DNA of 59,245 bases, filler included. It is 4 parts of 4 records of this genome, joined end to end, with 100 filler letters (N's around TTAATTAATTAA, not from the genome) between each part and the next. Parts side by side here need not be neighbours in the genome. Positions count along the whole stretch, not along the records: positions 19,858 to 51,478 come from DRR378314_488; 3 more parts are not named here. One strand, written 5' to 3'. Position 1 is the stretch's first letter. The number at the start of each line of letters is the position of its first letter. Position numbers and translations under genes: made by a program. The notes beneath the pieces are model-generated. The model saw only the letters and a list, made by a program, of their open reading frames with translations. It did not search any database and had not been told where the DNA came from. This document shows, in pieces, positions 20,522 to 33,043 of the stretch.

Positions 20522-21604
20522 ATGTTACTTCACCTGGCGAATTTTCTAGCCCAATATCAGCCTACTTTCCAAGTTTTTAACTATTTAACCTTACGTGTCA
20601 TTCTCGCAGCGTTAACGGCCCTCATGTTATGCCTGTGGCTTGGGCCCTGGGTTATACGCCGGTTAGTGGAAGGCCAGATTGGCCAAGCAATTCGTGATGA
20701 TGGCCCTCAATCTCATTTGTCTAAAGCAGGTACGCCCACGATGGGTGGGGCAATGATATTGTTGGCTATTGCTATCAGCACGCTGGTCTGGGGCGATTTA
20801 ACCAATCATTATGTTTGGGTGGTGCTGCTGGTCACATTAGGCTTCGGGGCTATTGGCTGGGTCGACGATTATCGCAAGGTTGTTGAAAAGAACCCGCGTG
20901 GATTACCCGCTCGTTGGAAGTATTTCTGGCAGTCGGTGGTGGGTATTGGCGCTGCATTGGTGCTTTATCTCACGGCCGCGACACCGGCTGAAACTAGCTT
21001 ATTGATCCCGATGTTTAAAGATGTCGCGTTGCCGCTTGGCGTGTTCTATATCGTGTTGACCTATTTTGTGATCGTTGGCAGCTCTAACGCAGTCAATCTC
21101 ACGGATGGCCTTGATGGCCTGGCGATCATGCCCACTGTGCTGGTGGCGATGGGCTTGTCCGTATTTGCCTATGCAAGCGGGAATGCTGTGTTTGCCAACT
21201 ATTTACATATTCCTTTTATTCATGGGACCGGCGAATTGGCTGTTTTCTGTGCCACTATTGCTGGTGCGGGCCTGGGCTTCTTATGGTTCAACACTTATCC
21301 CGCTCAAGTGTTTATGGGCGATGTAGGGGCGCTGGCGCTAGGTGCCGCACTAGGCGTTGTCGCCGTTATTGTGCGCCAAGAAATTGTGCTGTTTATTATG
21401 GGCGGTATCTTTGTACTTGAAACGGTCTCGGTGATTCTTCAAGTTGGCTCTTATAAGCTTACCGGTCGGCGTATTTTCCGTATGGCGCCGTTGCATCACC
21501 ACTACGAGTTGAAAGGTTGGCCAGAGCCGCGGGTAATTGTGCGTTTCTGGATTATTACCGTCGTACTGGTGCTGTTAGGGTTGGCTACGCTTAAAGTTCG
21601 ATGA
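20522..21604 (+). CDS. mraY: Phospho-N-acetylmuramoyl-pentapeptide transferase
   Basis: [30 protein letters not shown]. Confidence 0.98.
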   Translation: MLLHLANFLAQYQPTFQVFNYLTLRVILAALTALMLCLWLGPWVIRRLVEGQIGQAIRDDGPQSHLSKAGTPTMGGAMILLAIAISTLVWGDLTNHYVWVVLLVTLGFGAIGWVDDYRKVVEKNPRGLPARWKYFWQSVVGIGAALVLYLTAATPAETSLLIPMFKDVALPLGVFYIVLTYFVIVGSSNAVNLTDGLDGLAIMPTVLVAMGLSVFAYASGNAVFANYLHIPFIHGTGELAVFCATIAGAGLGFLWFNTYPAQVFMGDVGALALGAALGVVAVIVRQEIVLFIMGGIFVLETVSVILQVGSYKLTGRRIFRMAPLHHHYELKGWPEPRVIVRFWIITVVLVLLGLATLKVR

Positions 21605-21666
21605 TTAGCAAAGTAATAGCGGCAGTGTTGCCACTATTAGCGTGATGCACAAAGGAGCCGGTCATC

Positions 21667-23058
21667 GTGCGAGTCGCAAATGGAATCACCGTTGTTATTG
21701 GCCTGGGAGTTTCTGGGCAAGCTATTTGTCGGCATTTGGCGCGTCAAGGCGTGCCATTTATGGTGGCAGATACGCGAGCCGAGCCTCCGGGACTACACGC
21801 TTTTCAGAACGAAAACCCCAATGTTGAGGTTTATTGTGGTCCGTTAACGGCGCTTGATTTTACAGATGCCTACGAAGTGGTGGTCAGCCCTGGTGTCGAT
21901 CCTCATTCGCCAGGGCTTGATGGCTTGCTAGAGCGTTATAATCCAGCAACGGGGGAGCCCGTACTGGTAGGTGAGATTGCTTTGTTTGTTCGTGCGGTGA
22001 ATGCGCCGATCGCCGCTATTACTGGCTCTAATGCCAAGTCAACTGTTACGACATTACTTGGCGAGATGGCTAGAGTGGCTGGTGTTAAAGCTGCGGTGGG
22101 GGGGAATTTGGGCACGGCTGCATTGGATTTATTAGCTGAATACCCAGATGCCGAGCTTTACATTCTTGAACTCTCAAGCTTTCAGCTGGAAACAACGCCT
22201 CATTTGGGTGCTAAAGCGGCTGCTTTTTTAAACCTCTGTGAAGATCACTTAGATCGTCATGGAGATATGGTGGGTTACCGCCGCGCTAAGCAGCGTATTT
22301 TTCGTGGTGCGCAATCAGTCATTGTCAACGCGGATGACGCGCTCACTTGGCCAGAGTCGTCTGTTGATCATATAGAGCGTTTCACGGCCTTCGCACCCGC
22401 AGGTAATGACTGGGGGGTAGTTGAAAAAGGCGGCGAGTTAACGCTGTTCCAAGGTGATACTGCTTGGCTTAGCACAGCAGCTCTCAATATGGCAGGGCGG
22501 CATAACTATGCCAATGCACTTGCAGCATTGGCAATGGGCAAGGCGTTGGGCTTCGCAAAAGCACCGATGTGCCAAGCATTAACTGCTTTTAAGGGGCTGC
22601 CCCATCGTAGTGAAGTAATCGCTCGTATCAATGACGTTATGTGGGTGAATGATTCAAAAGGTACTAACGTTGGCGCTACGCTGGCCGCCATTCAAGGCAT
22701 CAGCGCATCGCTGACAGGGAAAGTAATATTATTGGCCGGTGGTGTCGGCAAAGGTGCTGACTTTACCCCTCTGGCGATGCCTCTGGCAGAGAGCGCTAAA
22801 ACTACGGTGCTATTTGGTGCTGACGCACACCGTCTTGAGGCCGCTATCTCATCTGCTGTTCCAGTGCATCTAGTCAACGATTTAACTCAAGCGATGGAAG
22901 TGGCCTGGGAAATAGCTGAACCCGGCGACTGTGTATTGCTGTCACCCGCCTGCGCAAGCCTAGATCAGTTTGTCAATTACCAGGCGAGAGGCGATGCCTT
23001 TCGGGATTGGGTTGAGCAAAAGCATAAACAGCATAATCACTCAGGAGAGAGGTTATGA
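21667..23058 (+). CDS. murD: UDP-MurNAc-L-Ala--D-Glu ligase
   Basis: ITGSNAKST, ELSSFQL, NDSKGTN, LSPACASLD. Confidence 0.97.
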   Translation: MRVANGITVVIGLGVSGQAICRHLARQGVPFMVADTRAEPPGLHAFQNENPNVEVYCGPLTALDFTDAYEVVVSPGVDPHSPGLDGLLERYNPATGEPVLVGEIALFVRAVNAPIAAITGSNAKSTVTTLLGEMARVAGVKAAVGGNLGTAALDLLAEYPDAELYILELSSFQLETTPHLGAKAAAFLNLCEDHLDRHGDMVGYRRAKQRIFRGAQSVIVNADDALTWPESSVDHIERFTAFAPAGNDWGVVEKGGELTLFQGDTAWLSTAALNMAGRHNYANALAALAMGKALGFAKAPMCQALTAFKGLPHRSEVIARINDVMWVNDSKGTNVGATLAAIQGISASLTGKVILLAGGVGKGADFTPLAMPLAESAKTTVLFGADAHRLEAAISSAVPVHLVNDLTQAMEVAWEIAEPGDCVLLSPACASLDQFVNYQARGDAFRDWVEQKHKQHNHSGERL

Positions 23059-24236
23059 GTCGAGTGCAGCGTATCCGCGATACTTTGACAACGCGGCATT
23101 TACCCTCCGATGTATGGTTGATCGTCGCCGCCGTAGCGTTAGCTGGGTTAGGCTGGGTGATGGTAAGTTCGGCATCGGTAGGTCTGCTTGAAAATACCTA
23201 TCACTACTCTCGGCAGCATGGCATTTTTCTATTTCTGGCTATATTGGCTTGTTTTTTTATGCTGTGTGTTCCTTTGGAAGCATGGCGGCAAAACGCAGCG
23301 CTGATTTTGCTAGTGAGCATCATCATGCTAGTGCTGGTGCTCGTGGTTGGTCAGGAAGTTAACGGCAGTAAACGCTGGATTTCACTACCTGGTCCCTTGC
23401 CTAGCCTGCAAGTTTCCGAGCTTGGAAAAATCGGTTTGATTTTTTACATGGCGGCTTTCATGTCCCGATTTACCTATGACCTACGCCAACGGGCATTCAG
23501 TATGTGGCGACCTTTAGCGGTGCTTGCCGTTCCGGCGGGGCTGCTTTTTCTTGCTCCCGATTTTGGCGGCATGGTGGTATATACCGTGTGCGTTATTGGT
23601 ATGTTAATGATGAGCGGCGCTTCACTTACCTTACTATTTGGTAGTGGTGGCGTATTGGCTATTGGCGCCGTCATGATGGTCGTTATGGAGCCTTACCGAT
23701 TAGCGCGGTGGACGAGCTTTTTGGACCCATGGGCTGATCAGTTTGCGACTGGCTATCAGCTTACTCAGGCGCTGATTGCTTTCGGTCGTGGGCATGTGAC
23801 CGGTACTGGTTTAGGTAATAGTGTTCAAAAACTTCACTACCTGCCTGAAGCTCACACCGACTTTATTTTTGCTGTCATCGCAGAAGAGCTCGGCATGATG
23901 GGAGCCATTCTCGTTGTGCTGCTATTTACCTTGCTCATTACCAGGGCAATGTTGATTGGTCGTCGTGCAGAATTGGCAGGCCATTTATTTGGTGCCTATG
24001 TCAGCTATGGCATAGGTTTCGTTATCGCAGCTCAGGCATTTATTAATATGGCGGTAAGCTCGGGGCTGTTGCCAACGAAAGGGCTAACATTGCCGTTGAT
24101 TAGCTATGGCGGTTCAAGTTTATTGGTAACCGGTATGATGATTGGCTTGTTGTTGCGCGTAGATGCGGAGACGCGTCACCGTCCGCGTCGTGTATCGACA
24201 CCCTATAAATCACGCCATGAACCTCGGTTACCGTAA
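23055..24236 (+). CDS. ftsW: SEDS peptidoglycan polymerase
   Basis: YLPEAHTDFIF and PTKGLTLPLISYGGS; dcw position. Confidence 0.96.
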   Translation: MSRVQRIRDTLTTRHLPSDVWLIVAAVALAGLGWVMVSSASVGLLENTYHYSRQHGIFLFLAILACFFMLCVPLEAWRQNAALILLVSIIMLVLVLVVGQEVNGSKRWISLPGPLPSLQVSELGKIGLIFYMAAFMSRFTYDLRQRAFSMWRPLAVLAVPAGLLFLAPDFGGMVVYTVCVIGMLMMSGASLTLLFGSGGVLAIGAVMMVVMEPYRLARWTSFLDPWADQFATGYQLTQALIAFGRGHVTGTGLGNSVQKLHYLPEAHTDFIFAVIAEELGMMGAILVVLLFTLLITRAMLIGRRAELAGHLFGAYVSYGIGFVIAAQAFINMAVSSGLLPTKGLTLPLISYGGSSLLVTGMMIGLLLRVDAETRHRPRRVSTPYKSRHEPRLP

Positions 24237-24254
24237 CTACTCAAGGAGTTGTTT

Positions 24255-25352
24255 GTGACGACGAACGCACGTCGACGCATTTTAATTATGGCAGGAGGTA
24301 CCGGAGGTCATGTTATTCCGGCGCTTTCACTAGCACGTTCGCTCAAAGCCCACAATGTCGACGTTGAGTGGCTGGGAAGCCCAAGAGGGATCGAAAATCG
24401 CCTAGTACCAGAAGCAGGTATTACGCTTCATACCATCGACATAAGCGGTCTGCGTGGCAACGGAGTAACTGGCTGGCTGAAGGCACCGCTGAACCTTTCC
24501 CAAGCCGTACTGCAAGCTCGAAAGGTAATTCGCCGCTTCAATCCTGATGTGGTGGTTGGGTTAGGCGGGTTTGCCAGTGGCCCAGGTGGGCTGGCAGCGT
24601 GGCTTTCCAGGGTGCCATTGGTGATACATGAACAAAATGCTATTGCTGGGCTGACCAATAAAGTGCTCTCAAAATTGGCGACTCGCACATACGCGGCGTT
24701 TGCTGAGGCTTTTGGTGACAAGGCAGAAGTGATTGGCAATCCGGTGCGAGAAGATATTGCTGCACTGGGTGAGCATCCAAGGAGTGCTTCTGAACTGGCC
24801 GTTCGCCCGCTGCGGTTATTAGTTGTTGGTGGTTCGCTAGGAGCGGTCGCACTGAATGAGCGTTTACCGCCCGGGCTGGCGGGCTTGCCGCCAGAGCGAC
24901 GCCCTGATGTTCGCCATCAAGCGGGCAAAGACCGAGATGTGGCGACGGCAAGCGCCTATGTCGAGCAAGGAATTGTGGCAGATGTTACTCCCTTTATTGA
25001 CGATATGGCGGCTGCGTATAAGTGGGCAGATTTAGTCGTTTGTCGTGCCGGAGCGCTAACAGTGGCAGAGCTTGCCGCAGCTGCAAAGCCCGCCTTGCTA
25101 GTGCCGTTTCCATTTGCTGTTGATGATCATCAGCGGGTCAATGCTGACGTTTTAGTAAAGGCCGGGGCAGCACTTTGTGTCACACAGTCTGAGCTGACCC
25201 CCGAGCGATTAACACACTATTTAGATGAGCTATTAGTCCCTAGCGTTTTGTCAGACATGGCTTCTAAAGCCCGCCAGGCGGCCTACTTAGAGGCGACTGA
25301 GCGTCTTACAAAGGGATGTTTAGCGCTGGTTAAACAAGGAGAGACTGCGTGA
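24255..25352 (+). CDS. murG: Lipid II GlcNAc transferase
   Basis: [29 protein letters not shown]. Confidence 0.97.
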   Translation: MTTNARRRILIMAGGTGGHVIPALSLARSLKAHNVDVEWLGSPRGIENRLVPEAGITLHTIDISGLRGNGVTGWLKAPLNLSQAVLQARKVIRRFNPDVVVGLGGFASGPGGLAAWLSRVPLVIHEQNAIAGLTNKVLSKLATRTYAAFAEAFGDKAEVIGNPVREDIAALGEHPRSASELAVRPLRLLVVGGSLGAVALNERLPPGLAGLPPERRPDVRHQAGKDRDVATASAYVEQGIVADVTPFIDDMAAAYKWADLVVCRAGALTVAELAAAAKPALLVPFPFAVDDHQRVNADVLVKAGAALCVTQSELTPERLTHYLDELLVPSVLSDMASKARQAAYLEATERLTKGCLALVKQGETA

Positions 25353-26818
25353 CCGACTCTATTAATAATGCGTTGCACTCGGGTGTCCGTCCAAGCGGCC
25401 CTGGTATGCGCCGTATTAAGCGTTTGCACTTTGTTGGCATCGGTGGCGCAGGTATGTGTGGAATCGCTGAAGTGCTCGCAAATCAGGGTTACAGCGTCAG
25501 CGGTAGCGATATGAAGGCATCGACTGTTGTTGAGCGCCTTCGACAGTGTGGCGTTAACGTTGCTATCGGTCATGCTGAAGAGAATGTGGTAGGCGCTGAC
25601 GTCGTGGTTGTCTCCAGCGCCATTGATGCAACAAATCCTGAAATCCGTTGGGCTCATGAGCATCGTGTGCCCGTGGTTAGGCGTGCTGAAATGCTGGCCG
25701 AACTAATGCGCTTTCGCCATGGCATTGCTGTCGCAGGAACCCATGGAAAGACGACCACAACCAGTTTGACGGCAACGTTGCTGGCGGAAGGCGGATTGGA
25801 TCCCACCTTTGTGATTGGTGGAAAACTTACCAGTGCTGGCGCTAACGCTCGGTTGGGTGAGGGTGATTATCTAGTCGCTGAGGCAGATGAATCGGATGCG
25901 TCGTTTCTTCATCTGCAGCCAATGGTCTCTATTGTGACGAACATAGATGCAGACCATATGGCGACCTATGGTGGGGATTTTGAGCGCTTAAAAAGCACAT
26001 TCATCGAGTTTCTGCATAATTTGCCGTTTTACGGGCTGGCAGTGCTGTGTATTGATGACGCTAACATTCGGTCGATGCGTGACCAGGTAAAACGTCAGTT
26101 TGTCACCTACGGTTTCGATGAAGATGCTGACTACCGCATTGTGGACTTTACTCAGCAAGGCGGTGAAGTCTCGTTCACCGCAGTGCGTCCTGGGGAAGCT
26201 GCTCCATTGGCTATTCGGCTAGCAATGCCCGGTCGCCACAATGCGTTAAACGCGATGGCGGCGATTGTTGTAGCAACGGATGCTGGGGTAAGTGACGATG
26301 CCATTCTTCGTGGGCTGGCAAGTTTTGCCGGTGTAGGGCGCCGCTTTCAAGTGCATGGCCACTTCAGCGCCCCCAATGCTGATGGCGATATCATGTTAGT
26401 AGACGATTACGGACACCACCCCCGTGAAGTTGACATGGTTATCCAGGCAGTTCGTGCAGGTTGGCCCGAACGTCGATTGGTCATGTTGTACCAGCCGCAT
26501 CGCTACAGTCGCACCCGCGATCTTTATGAAGATTTCGTTCGTGTGCTTTCTCAAGTGGATACGCTCGTTCTATTGGATGTTTATAGCGCTGGGGAAGCTG
26601 TGATTCCAGGCGCGGAGGGTCGCACCCTTGCTGGGTCTATTCGTCAGCGAGGAGAAGTCGATCCATTGTTCGTTGAGCATAAGCAGGAGCTACCTGCGCT
26701 GTTAAGCAAGCTGCTGCGTCCTGGGGATATTTTTATTACTCAAGGCGCTGGTGATGTGGGTGGTATTTCGCTTCGTTTCGCGCATGCCAAATTATCGCTA
26801 GATAAGGTAGAGCTATGA
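25349..26818 (+). CDS. murC: UDP-MurNAc--L-Ala ligase
   Basis: [28 protein letters not shown]. Confidence 0.97.
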   Translation: MTDSINNALHSGVRPSGPGMRRIKRLHFVGIGGAGMCGIAEVLANQGYSVSGSDMKASTVVERLRQCGVNVAIGHAEENVVGADVVVVSSAIDATNPEIRWAHEHRVPVVRRAEMLAELMRFRHGIAVAGTHGKTTTTSLTATLLAEGGLDPTFVIGGKLTSAGANARLGEGDYLVAEADESDASFLHLQPMVSIVTNIDADHMATYGGDFERLKSTFIEFLHNLPFYGLAVLCIDDANIRSMRDQVKRQFVTYGFDEDADYRIVDFTQQGGEVSFTAVRPGEAAPLAIRLAMPGRHNALNAMAAIVVATDAGVSDDAILRGLASFAGVGRRFQVHGHFSAPNADGDIMLVDDYGHHPREVDMVIQAVRAGWPERRLVMLYQPHRYSRTRDLYEDFVRVLSQVDTLVLLDVYSAGEAVIPGAEGRTLAGSIRQRGEVDPLFVEHKQELPALLSKLLRPGDIFITQGAGDVGGISLRFAHAKLSLDKVEL

Positions 26819-27756
26819 GTACAGCAATGTCATTGAATGACCCCTTGGCACGCGTTGTTGTTGTTTATGGTGGTACTTCAGCAGAGCGCGAAGTGTCGCT
26901 TAAAAGCGGTGCGGCTGTGCTTGACGCGTTAAAGCGTCAAGGTGTCGATGCCATTGGCTATGATCCAAAAGAAGAGGGTTTGGTAGGGCTAGAACGCCTT
27001 GCCCCAACGGCTATTTTTGTGGCTCTTCATGGTCGTGGTGGCGAAGATGGTACGCTGCAGGGAGCACTAGAGCTTTTAGGGCTGCCTTACACTGGCAGTG
27101 GGGTGCTGGCGTCAGCGTTAGCAATGGATAAGCAGCGTACGAAGCAAGTCTGGCAAGCCGTAGGGTTACCCACCCCTCAAAGCATCATGCTCAGCGAGAC
27201 ATCTGATTGGTCTATGGTGGTGTCGCAATTAGGTTTACCAATGATGGTAAAGCCTGTTCACGAAGGTTCCACGCTGGGGATTAGTATCGTTAAAAGCCAG
27301 GAGGCACTAGAAGCGGCCTATCACGAGGCGGCGAACTATGACGCCCGTGTCATGGCTGAGCGGTTCATTGTAGGTGAAGAGTATACCGTTGCTCTGCTTG
27401 ATAATGACGTGTTGCCGGCAATTCGTGTCGAAGTCCCAGGCGGTTTTTATGATTACGAAGCGAAATACATTGCTAACACTACTCAGTATCACCTGCCCAG
27501 TGGCTTAGCATCTAGTGACGAGCAGGCCTTGGCAGAACTATGCAAGAAAGCGTTTGATGCTGTAGGAGGCGAAGGCTGGGGGCGTGTAGATGTGATGCGC
27601 GATGCGATAGGCAAGTTTTGGCTGATTGAAGTTAATACTGTGCCAGGAATGACGGATCATAGTTTAGTGCCTCAAGCGGCGGCGCATGCGGGCATAGAGT
27701 TTGATCAGTTGGTGTTGCGTATACTGAATACTGCGGTTCAACGCAGTTGCTCATGA
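26815..27756 (+). CDS. ddl: D-alanine--D-alanine ligase
   Basis: [37 protein letters not shown]. Confidence 0.97.
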   Translation: MSTAMSLNDPLARVVVVYGGTSAEREVSLKSGAAVLDALKRQGVDAIGYDPKEEGLVGLERLAPTAIFVALHGRGGEDGTLQGALELLGLPYTGSGVLASALAMDKQRTKQVWQAVGLPTPQSIMLSETSDWSMVVSQLGLPMMVKPVHEGSTLGISIVKSQEALEAAYHEAANYDARVMAERFIVGEEYTVALLDNDVLPAIRVEVPGGFYDYEAKYIANTTQYHLPSGLASSDEQALAELCKKAFDAVGGEGWGRVDVMRDAIGKFWLIEVNTVPGMTDHSLVPQAAAHAGIEFDQLVLRILNTAVQRSCS

Positions 27757-28466
27757 AGAAGCGTAATGCGTGGTTAGGCCTCATATTGCTGGCACTGTTA
27801 CTAGGTGCTGGTGGGCGTGCCTTATGGCTATGGTTAGATAAGCCTATTGAGCGTGTGTCTATTCGTGGCGAGTGGGAATATGTGAGTGCTGATTACCTCC
27901 GTACTCAGCTAGCGCCACTCGTTCAAGAGGCAACCTGGCTCTCGGCAGATTTAGGTGAGCTACGTAGGCGTGCATTGAAAATTGGCTGGCTGGATGAAGT
28001 TAGAATTTCCAGAGAGTGGCCAAATGCACTTGTATTTGAGCTGGTAGAACAAACGCCAGTGGCCCGCTGGAACGATGATTTTCTACTTAACCCCAAAGGT
28101 GAGTCGTTTGCGTTTGCGCCACTAGGTGTGCCTCAGGGGCTTCCAGATTTGGCTGGGCCGACGGGAAGTGGCGAAGAGGTGCTTACCTATTATCGCCGCT
28201 TAACACCTCATTTTCAGGGATTATCGTTGTCACTTTCTCAATTACGCCTAGAGCCTCGTGGTGCATGGCGGCTCCAGTTAAGTAATGGTGCCTGGGTAAT
28301 GTTAGGAAGACGTCAGCATGAAATCCGATTAGCTCGTTTGTCGGCATCGTGGCAGCGTGAGCTTGCTCAGGTTGGGGAGCATATTCGCTATATTGACTTG
28401 CGGTACCCCAATGGTGTTGCAGTTGCCTGGCACGGAGAAAGTGACTTTGCAGAAGAGGATGAGTAA
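27753..28466 (+). CDS. ftsQ: Cell division protein FtsQ
   Basis: Single TM, POTRA region, YIDLRYPNGVAV; dcw position. Confidence 0.92.
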   Translation: MKKRNAWLGLILLALLLGAGGRALWLWLDKPIERVSIRGEWEYVSADYLRTQLAPLVQEATWLSADLGELRRRALKIGWLDEVRISREWPNALVFELVEQTPVARWNDDFLLNPKGESFAFAPLGVPQGLPDLAGPTGSGEEVLTYYRRLTPHFQGLSLSLSQLRLEPRGAWRLQLSNGAWVMLGRRQHEIRLARLSASWQRELAQVGEHIRYIDLRYPNGVAVAWHGESDFAEEDE

Positions 28467-28784
28467 TAAGCGACTTACAATGTGCAAAAAGTAGGTAAAT
28501 GTAAGTGGTTGCCAACAGCGAAAAGCCATGAATAGGGTTTAAATCGCACACAAAGGCGATTATCGTAGGCGTGCGCTAGTCGTATTGTCAGTATTGTTTC
28601 TATACTATGTTATAGCTGATGCTTTTTTATGGGCTTTTTTATTTAATCATGATCAGCATTTGGCTTGATATTACGGTAGCCGTCAATGTTATTCAGCGTG
28701 ATTTTGTATCGCCGTTTTAACAATGTTGGCGCAGTTACGACTAACAAGTTTCTTTTAAAATTTTTCTAGGAGATTATCCGACTC

Positions 28785-30074
28785 ATGGCAGGCTCACCCA
28801 ACGCATCCAATATGGTTGTCGGGCTGGACATTGGAACGTCCAAAGTCGTCGCGATAGTCGGTCAACCCACCGATGACGGCGGGATTGAGATAGCGGGTAT
28901 CGGCTCTCATCCATCACGCGGCATGAAGCGCGGTGTGGTCATTAATATCGAATCAACCGTGCAATCTATTCAGCGTGCTGTTGAAGAAGCGGAATTAATG
29001 GCTGGTTGTGATATTCATTCTGTCTATGTCGGCGTTGCTGGTAGCCATATCAGTTCAATGAACTCAGATGGTGTGGTTGCTATTAAAGAAAGGGAAGTCA
29101 CACCATCCGATATCGAGCGCGTTATTGACTCAGCCCGCGCACGTGCGGTCTCGGAAGGGCAGCGTGTATTACATGTATTGCCCCAAGAGTTCTCAATCGA
29201 TGCTCAAGGTGGTATCCGTGAACCTTTAGGAATGTCAGGCGTTCGTTTAGAGGCGCAGGTTCACCTTGTGACAGCGGCATTGAACGCCGTTCAAAATATT
29301 GAGAAATGTGTTCGGCGATGTGGTCTGGACGTTGACGCAATCATTCTTGAACAGCTAGCTTCTAGTATGGCGGTGCTTACCGAAGACGAGCGAGAATTAG
29401 GCGTTTGCATGGTGGATATTGGTGGGGGAACCACTGATATGGCCATTTTCAGTGAAGGTGCCATTCGCCATACTGCCGTTATACCGATAGCGGGCGACCA
29501 AGTCACTAATGACATAGCAATGGCATTGCGCACGCCAACGCAGCATGCCGAAGAGATTAAAGTTAAATACGCTTGCGCACTGACACAGCTGGCGGCAAGC
29601 GATGAAATGATTAAAGTTCCCAGCGTAGGAGATCGTCCGGCTCGTGATTTATCGCGACAGGCACTTGCTGAAGTGGTTGAGCCGCGTTACGAGGAACTAT
29701 TTACGTTGGTGAGAGACGAATTACGCCGTAGTGGCTATGAAGATATGGTGGCTGCTGGTGTTGTGCTCACTGGTGGCACCTCGCGTATGGAAGGGGTTAG
29801 CGAATTGGCAGAAGAAATTTTTCATATGCCTGTTCGTATTGCATGTCCGCAAAATGTCAAAGGGTTGGCTGATGTGGTACGCAATCCAATTTATGCAACA
29901 GGTGTGGGTTTACTGCATTATGCATTGCAAGAAGCGCGACATGGGCAAGGCCTAGAAAGCCACGGGGAAGTCGTTGCTGCGCATAAAGGACGCAACGAAG
30001 TCGTCAGGCGTGATATCAAGGAAGGTCAATCGGCGCTGGTAAGAATTAAAGGCTGGTTCAAAGGAAATTTCTGA
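28785..30074 (+). CDS. ftsA: Cell division protein FtsA
   Basis: [17 protein letters not shown]-terminal amphipathic WFKGNF. Confidence 0.98.
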   Translation: MAGSPNASNMVVGLDIGTSKVVAIVGQPTDDGGIEIAGIGSHPSRGMKRGVVINIESTVQSIQRAVEEAELMAGCDIHSVYVGVAGSHISSMNSDGVVAIKEREVTPSDIERVIDSARARAVSEGQRVLHVLPQEFSIDAQGGIREPLGMSGVRLEAQVHLVTAALNAVQNIEKCVRRCGLDVDAIILEQLASSMAVLTEDERELGVCMVDIGGGTTDMAIFSEGAIRHTAVIPIAGDQVTNDIAMALRTPTQHAEEIKVKYACALTQLAASDEMIKVPSVGDRPARDLSRQALAEVVEPRYEELFTLVRDELRRSGYEDMVAAGVVLTGGTSRMEGVSELAEEIFHMPVRIACPQNVKGLADVVRNPIYATGVGLLHYALQEARHGQGLESHGEVVAAHKGRNEVVRRDIKEGQSALVRIKGWFKGNF

Positions 30075-30108
30075 CAGGGCCGCAAGCGCGGTTCAGGAGA
30101 CGGGGCTT

Positions 30109-31287
30109 ATGTTCGAATTGGTAGATAACGCACCCTCGAGCAGTGCGGTCATCAAAGTGGTCGGTGTTGGCGGTGGCGGTGGCAACGCGGTCAACCACAT
30201 GGTCGAAAGTAATATCGAAGGCGTTGAGTTTATCTGCGCTAACACCGACGCTCAAGCGCTTAAGCGAGTGTCTGCAAAAACAGTCTTGCAGCTTGGTGGT
30301 GAAATCACCAAGGGGCTTGGGGCCGGTGCCAATCCTGAAGTCGGCCGCCAAGCCGCCATGGAAGACCGTGACCGCATCGCTGAGTTATTAACCGGTGCAG
30401 ATATGGTATTCATCACGGCTGGCATGGGTGGTGGTACAGGTACCGGCGGTGCGCCTGTTGTTGCTCAGGTTGCCAAAGAGTTAGGTATTTTGACGGTTGC
30501 CGTGGTAACTCGCCCCTTCCCGTTTGAAGGGCCGAAGCGCATGCGCGCCGCTGAAGAAGGTATGAAAGAGCTTTCTGAGCACGTTGATTCGTTGATCACT
30601 ATTCCCAACGAAAAACTGCTTTCTGTGCTAGGTAAGAACGCCACGCTGCTAACCGCCTTCAGCGCTGCTAACGATGTGTTGTTGGGGGCCGTTCAAGGTA
30701 TCGCAGAGCTGATTACCAGCCCAGGCATTATTAACGTCGATTTTGCTGATGTTCGCACCGTTATGTCCGAAATGGGCATGGCGATGATGGGTACCGGTGG
30801 AGCAACTGGCGAGAATCGTGCTCGCGAAGCGGCTGAAAAAGCCATTCGTAGCCCGCTGCTTGAAGATATTGATCTGCACGGTGCTCGCGGTATCTTGGTC
30901 AATATTACTGCTGGCCCTGACTTGTCGATCGGTGAGTTCAATGACGTAGGTGCTACAGTTCAAGAGTTTGCTTCTCAGGAAGCAACTATTGTGGTGGGTA
31001 CCTCTATCGACATGGAAATGTCCGATGAGCTACGTGTGACCGTGGTGGCTGCTGGGCTGGATGGTAACAAAGGCAAAGTTGCCTCACGTGAGCCAGTGCG
31101 TCGGTCTGCTGCTGAAGCGTCCTCAGATTACCGCAAGTTGCAACAGCCAACTGTCATGCGTCAGCAGGCAACGGCGCGTAAAGAAGCGCCTGAGCCCGCT
31201 GCAAAACCTCGGGCCGAGAAGCGTCGCGCCCCTGATGCAGATGACTATTTGGACATTCCCGCATTTTTACGCCGTCAGGCAGATTAA
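30109..31287 (+). CDS. ftsZ: Cell division protein FtsZ
   Basis: GGGTGTG tubulin signature, terminal [12 protein letters not shown]. Confidence 0.99.
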   Translation: MFELVDNAPSSSAVIKVVGVGGGGGNAVNHMVESNIEGVEFICANTDAQALKRVSAKTVLQLGGEITKGLGAGANPEVGRQAAMEDRDRIAELLTGADMVFITAGMGGGTGTGGAPVVAQVAKELGILTVAVVTRPFPFEGPKRMRAAEEGMKELSEHVDSLITIPNEKLLSVLGKNATLLTAFSAANDVLLGAVQGIAELITSPGIINVDFADVRTVMSEMGMAMMGTGGATGENRAREAAEKAIRSPLLEDIDLHGARGILVNITAGPDLSIGEFNDVGATVQEFASQEATIVVGTSIDMEMSDELRVTVVAAGLDGNKGKVASREPVRRSAAEASSDYRKLQQPTVMRQQATARKEAPEPAAKPRAEKRRAPDADDYLDIPAFLRRQAD

Positions 31288-31309
31288 CTGACGCTATCGG
31301 GGTCATTGA

Positions 31310-31354
31310 AACAGCAAACGAGAGTTTTATTGGTTAAAACGCTCGTTTGCTGTT
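31310..31354. other. Long intergenic hairpin between ftsZ and lpxC
   Basis: AACAGCAAACGAG-a-GTTTTA-ttggt-TAAAAC-g-CTCGTTTGCTGTT (19 pairs, one mismatch). Confidence 0.7.
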
Positions 31355-31447
31355 AAAGTGAACACTGTTTCTTAACTTTCTTTCCCCTAGCGGTACTTGT
31401 CGGCACTTTTGCCGGTGACCGCCGTCATTAGAGTTCGACCACTGCCC

Positions 31448-32359
31448 ATGATCAGACAACGCACATTACAAAACGTCATTCGCGCCACCGGAGTGGGTCT
31501 GCACTCTGGCAAAAAAGTCCACTTGGCTTTGCGCCCGGCGCCAGCTAATACCGGAATTGTATTTATCCGGACCGACCTGGAGCCTGTGGTTCACGTGCCG
31601 GCTCGTGCCGAATTGGTGGAAGACACCACATTATGCACCGCGCTTTCTTACCGCGGTGTGAAAGTCGCGACGGTCGAACATTTGATGTCGGCATTTGCTG
31701 GATTGGGCATTGATAATGCCTATGTCGATGTAAGTGCGCCTGAAGTGCCTATCATGGACGGCAGCGCCAGTCCATTTGTGTTCTTAATTCAGTCAGCTGG
31801 CATTTTAGAGCAAGATGCACCTAAGCAATTTATCCGCATTAAGCGCCGTGTTGCCGTCAGTGATGGCGACAAAGAAGCCGTCTTTTTGCCTCATCAAGGG
31901 TTTAAAGTCTCCTTTTCAATCGACTTTAATCACCCTGTATTTGAGCAACAAAAACAAACCGCGTTAATCGATTTTTCAACAACGTCGTTTGTGAAAGAGG
32001 TTTCTCGTGCACGTACCTTCGGGTTTATGCGCGATCTGGAATTTTTGCGATCCAATAATCTTGCGCTTGGCGGTAGCTTAGACAATGCCATTGTTGTCGA
32101 TGATTACCGCATCGTTAACGAAGGTGGCTTGCGCTATGACGATGAGTTCGTCAAGCATAAAGTGCTGGATGCTATTGGTGATTTGTACCAACTTGGCCAC
32201 AGTTTGATTGGTGAGTTCCAGGGGGTTAAATCAGGCCATGCGCTCAACAATCGGTTGTGCCGCGAGTTGTTAGCGCAGCCCGACGCCTATGAAATCGTCA
32301 CCTTTGAAGAAGACAAAGCGGTTGCACCTATCTCTTACTCGGCACCTGCAATGGCATAA
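31448..32359 (+). CDS. lpxC: UDP-3-O-acyl-GlcNAc deacetylase
   Basis: MIRQRTL start, [21 protein letters not shown]. Confidence 0.98.
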   Translation: MIRQRTLQNVIRATGVGLHSGKKVHLALRPAPANTGIVFIRTDLEPVVHVPARAELVEDTTLCTALSYRGVKVATVEHLMSAFAGLGIDNAYVDVSAPEVPIMDGSASPFVFLIQSAGILEQDAPKQFIRIKRRVAVSDGDKEAVFLPHQGFKVSFSIDFNHPVFEQQKQTALIDFSTTSFVKEVSRARTFGFMRDLEFLRSNNLALGGSLDNAIVVDDYRIVNEGGLRYDDEFVKHKVLDAIGDLYQLGHSLIGEFQGVKSGHALNNRLCRELLAQPDAYEIVTFEEDKAVAPISYSAPAMA

Positions 32360-32401
32360 ATTGCACGCTTGTTGGGCGGGTGAGTGGCATGTGGCAATAG
32401 T

Positions 32402-32430
32402 AAAAAGCACCGCTAAAGCGGTGCTTTTTT
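32402..32430. terminator. Bidirectional intrinsic terminator
   Basis: AAAAAGCACCGCT-aa-AGCGGTGCTTTTTT between lpxC and dciA. Confidence 0.88.
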
Positions 32431-32455
32431 GCGTATTGGCGCTGGCAATGCGTGG

Positions 32456-32932
32456 CTATGAATGTTTGTCATCTGAATGATTAGGTGCATGCGCCGCAAG
32501 ACGCTCCAGGGCGTTTCTAAGCGAGGGGTTGTCAGTGTCTTTAGCGCATTCAGTTAGCGTTTTTCCTGCGTTTTCTGAGAGGATGCGCGTGTAGCGCTTG
32601 GGGCTTTCAATCGGCCGAACGGGCCGCACTTTCAGGGTAAAGCCGGTAACGCTTTCAAACCCTGGCAACTGATGCAGTAGGGTTAGCAATCGCGGCTGTT
32701 CATAGCGTAACCACGTTAACCAGCTTGCTTGGCCACTTATTAACGTCAATCGTCCGTCCCGAAAGCCCCCGACGAAAATATGCTCACGCATTGCTTCAGG
32801 AAGATGGGCGCGTAAATGGCGCTGAGCCTGATCAATTAAGCGGGACTGTCGCATAAGCTGTCCAGCGCTGCCCGACTTAGTCAGCAGTTGGGTAATGGGC
32901 TGTGCGCGGGATCGCTTAACCTTTATACTCAT
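32456..32932 (-). CDS. dciA: DciA (DUF721) replicative helicase loader
   Basis: Position antisense between lpxC and secA; ASWLTWLRY and LRNALERLAAH segments typical of the family. Confidence 0.75.
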   Translation of the reverse strand: MSIKVKRSRAQPITQLLTKSGSAGQLMRQSRLIDQAQRHLRAHLPEAMREHIFVGGFRDGRLTLISGQASWLTWLRYEQPRLLTLLHQLPGFESVTGFTLKVRPVRPIESPKRYTRILSENAGKTLTECAKDTDNPSLRNALERLAAHAPNHSDDKHS

Positions 32933-33043
32933 TAACTTGATTCCTGGAACGTTGCTGGCTGCGCCACACTCTCGGTTGTCACCAGCGTTCTGTATTGTCT
33001 TTTAATTGATAGAGCCTAACACGCTCGGGAGCCAGTCCACAGC

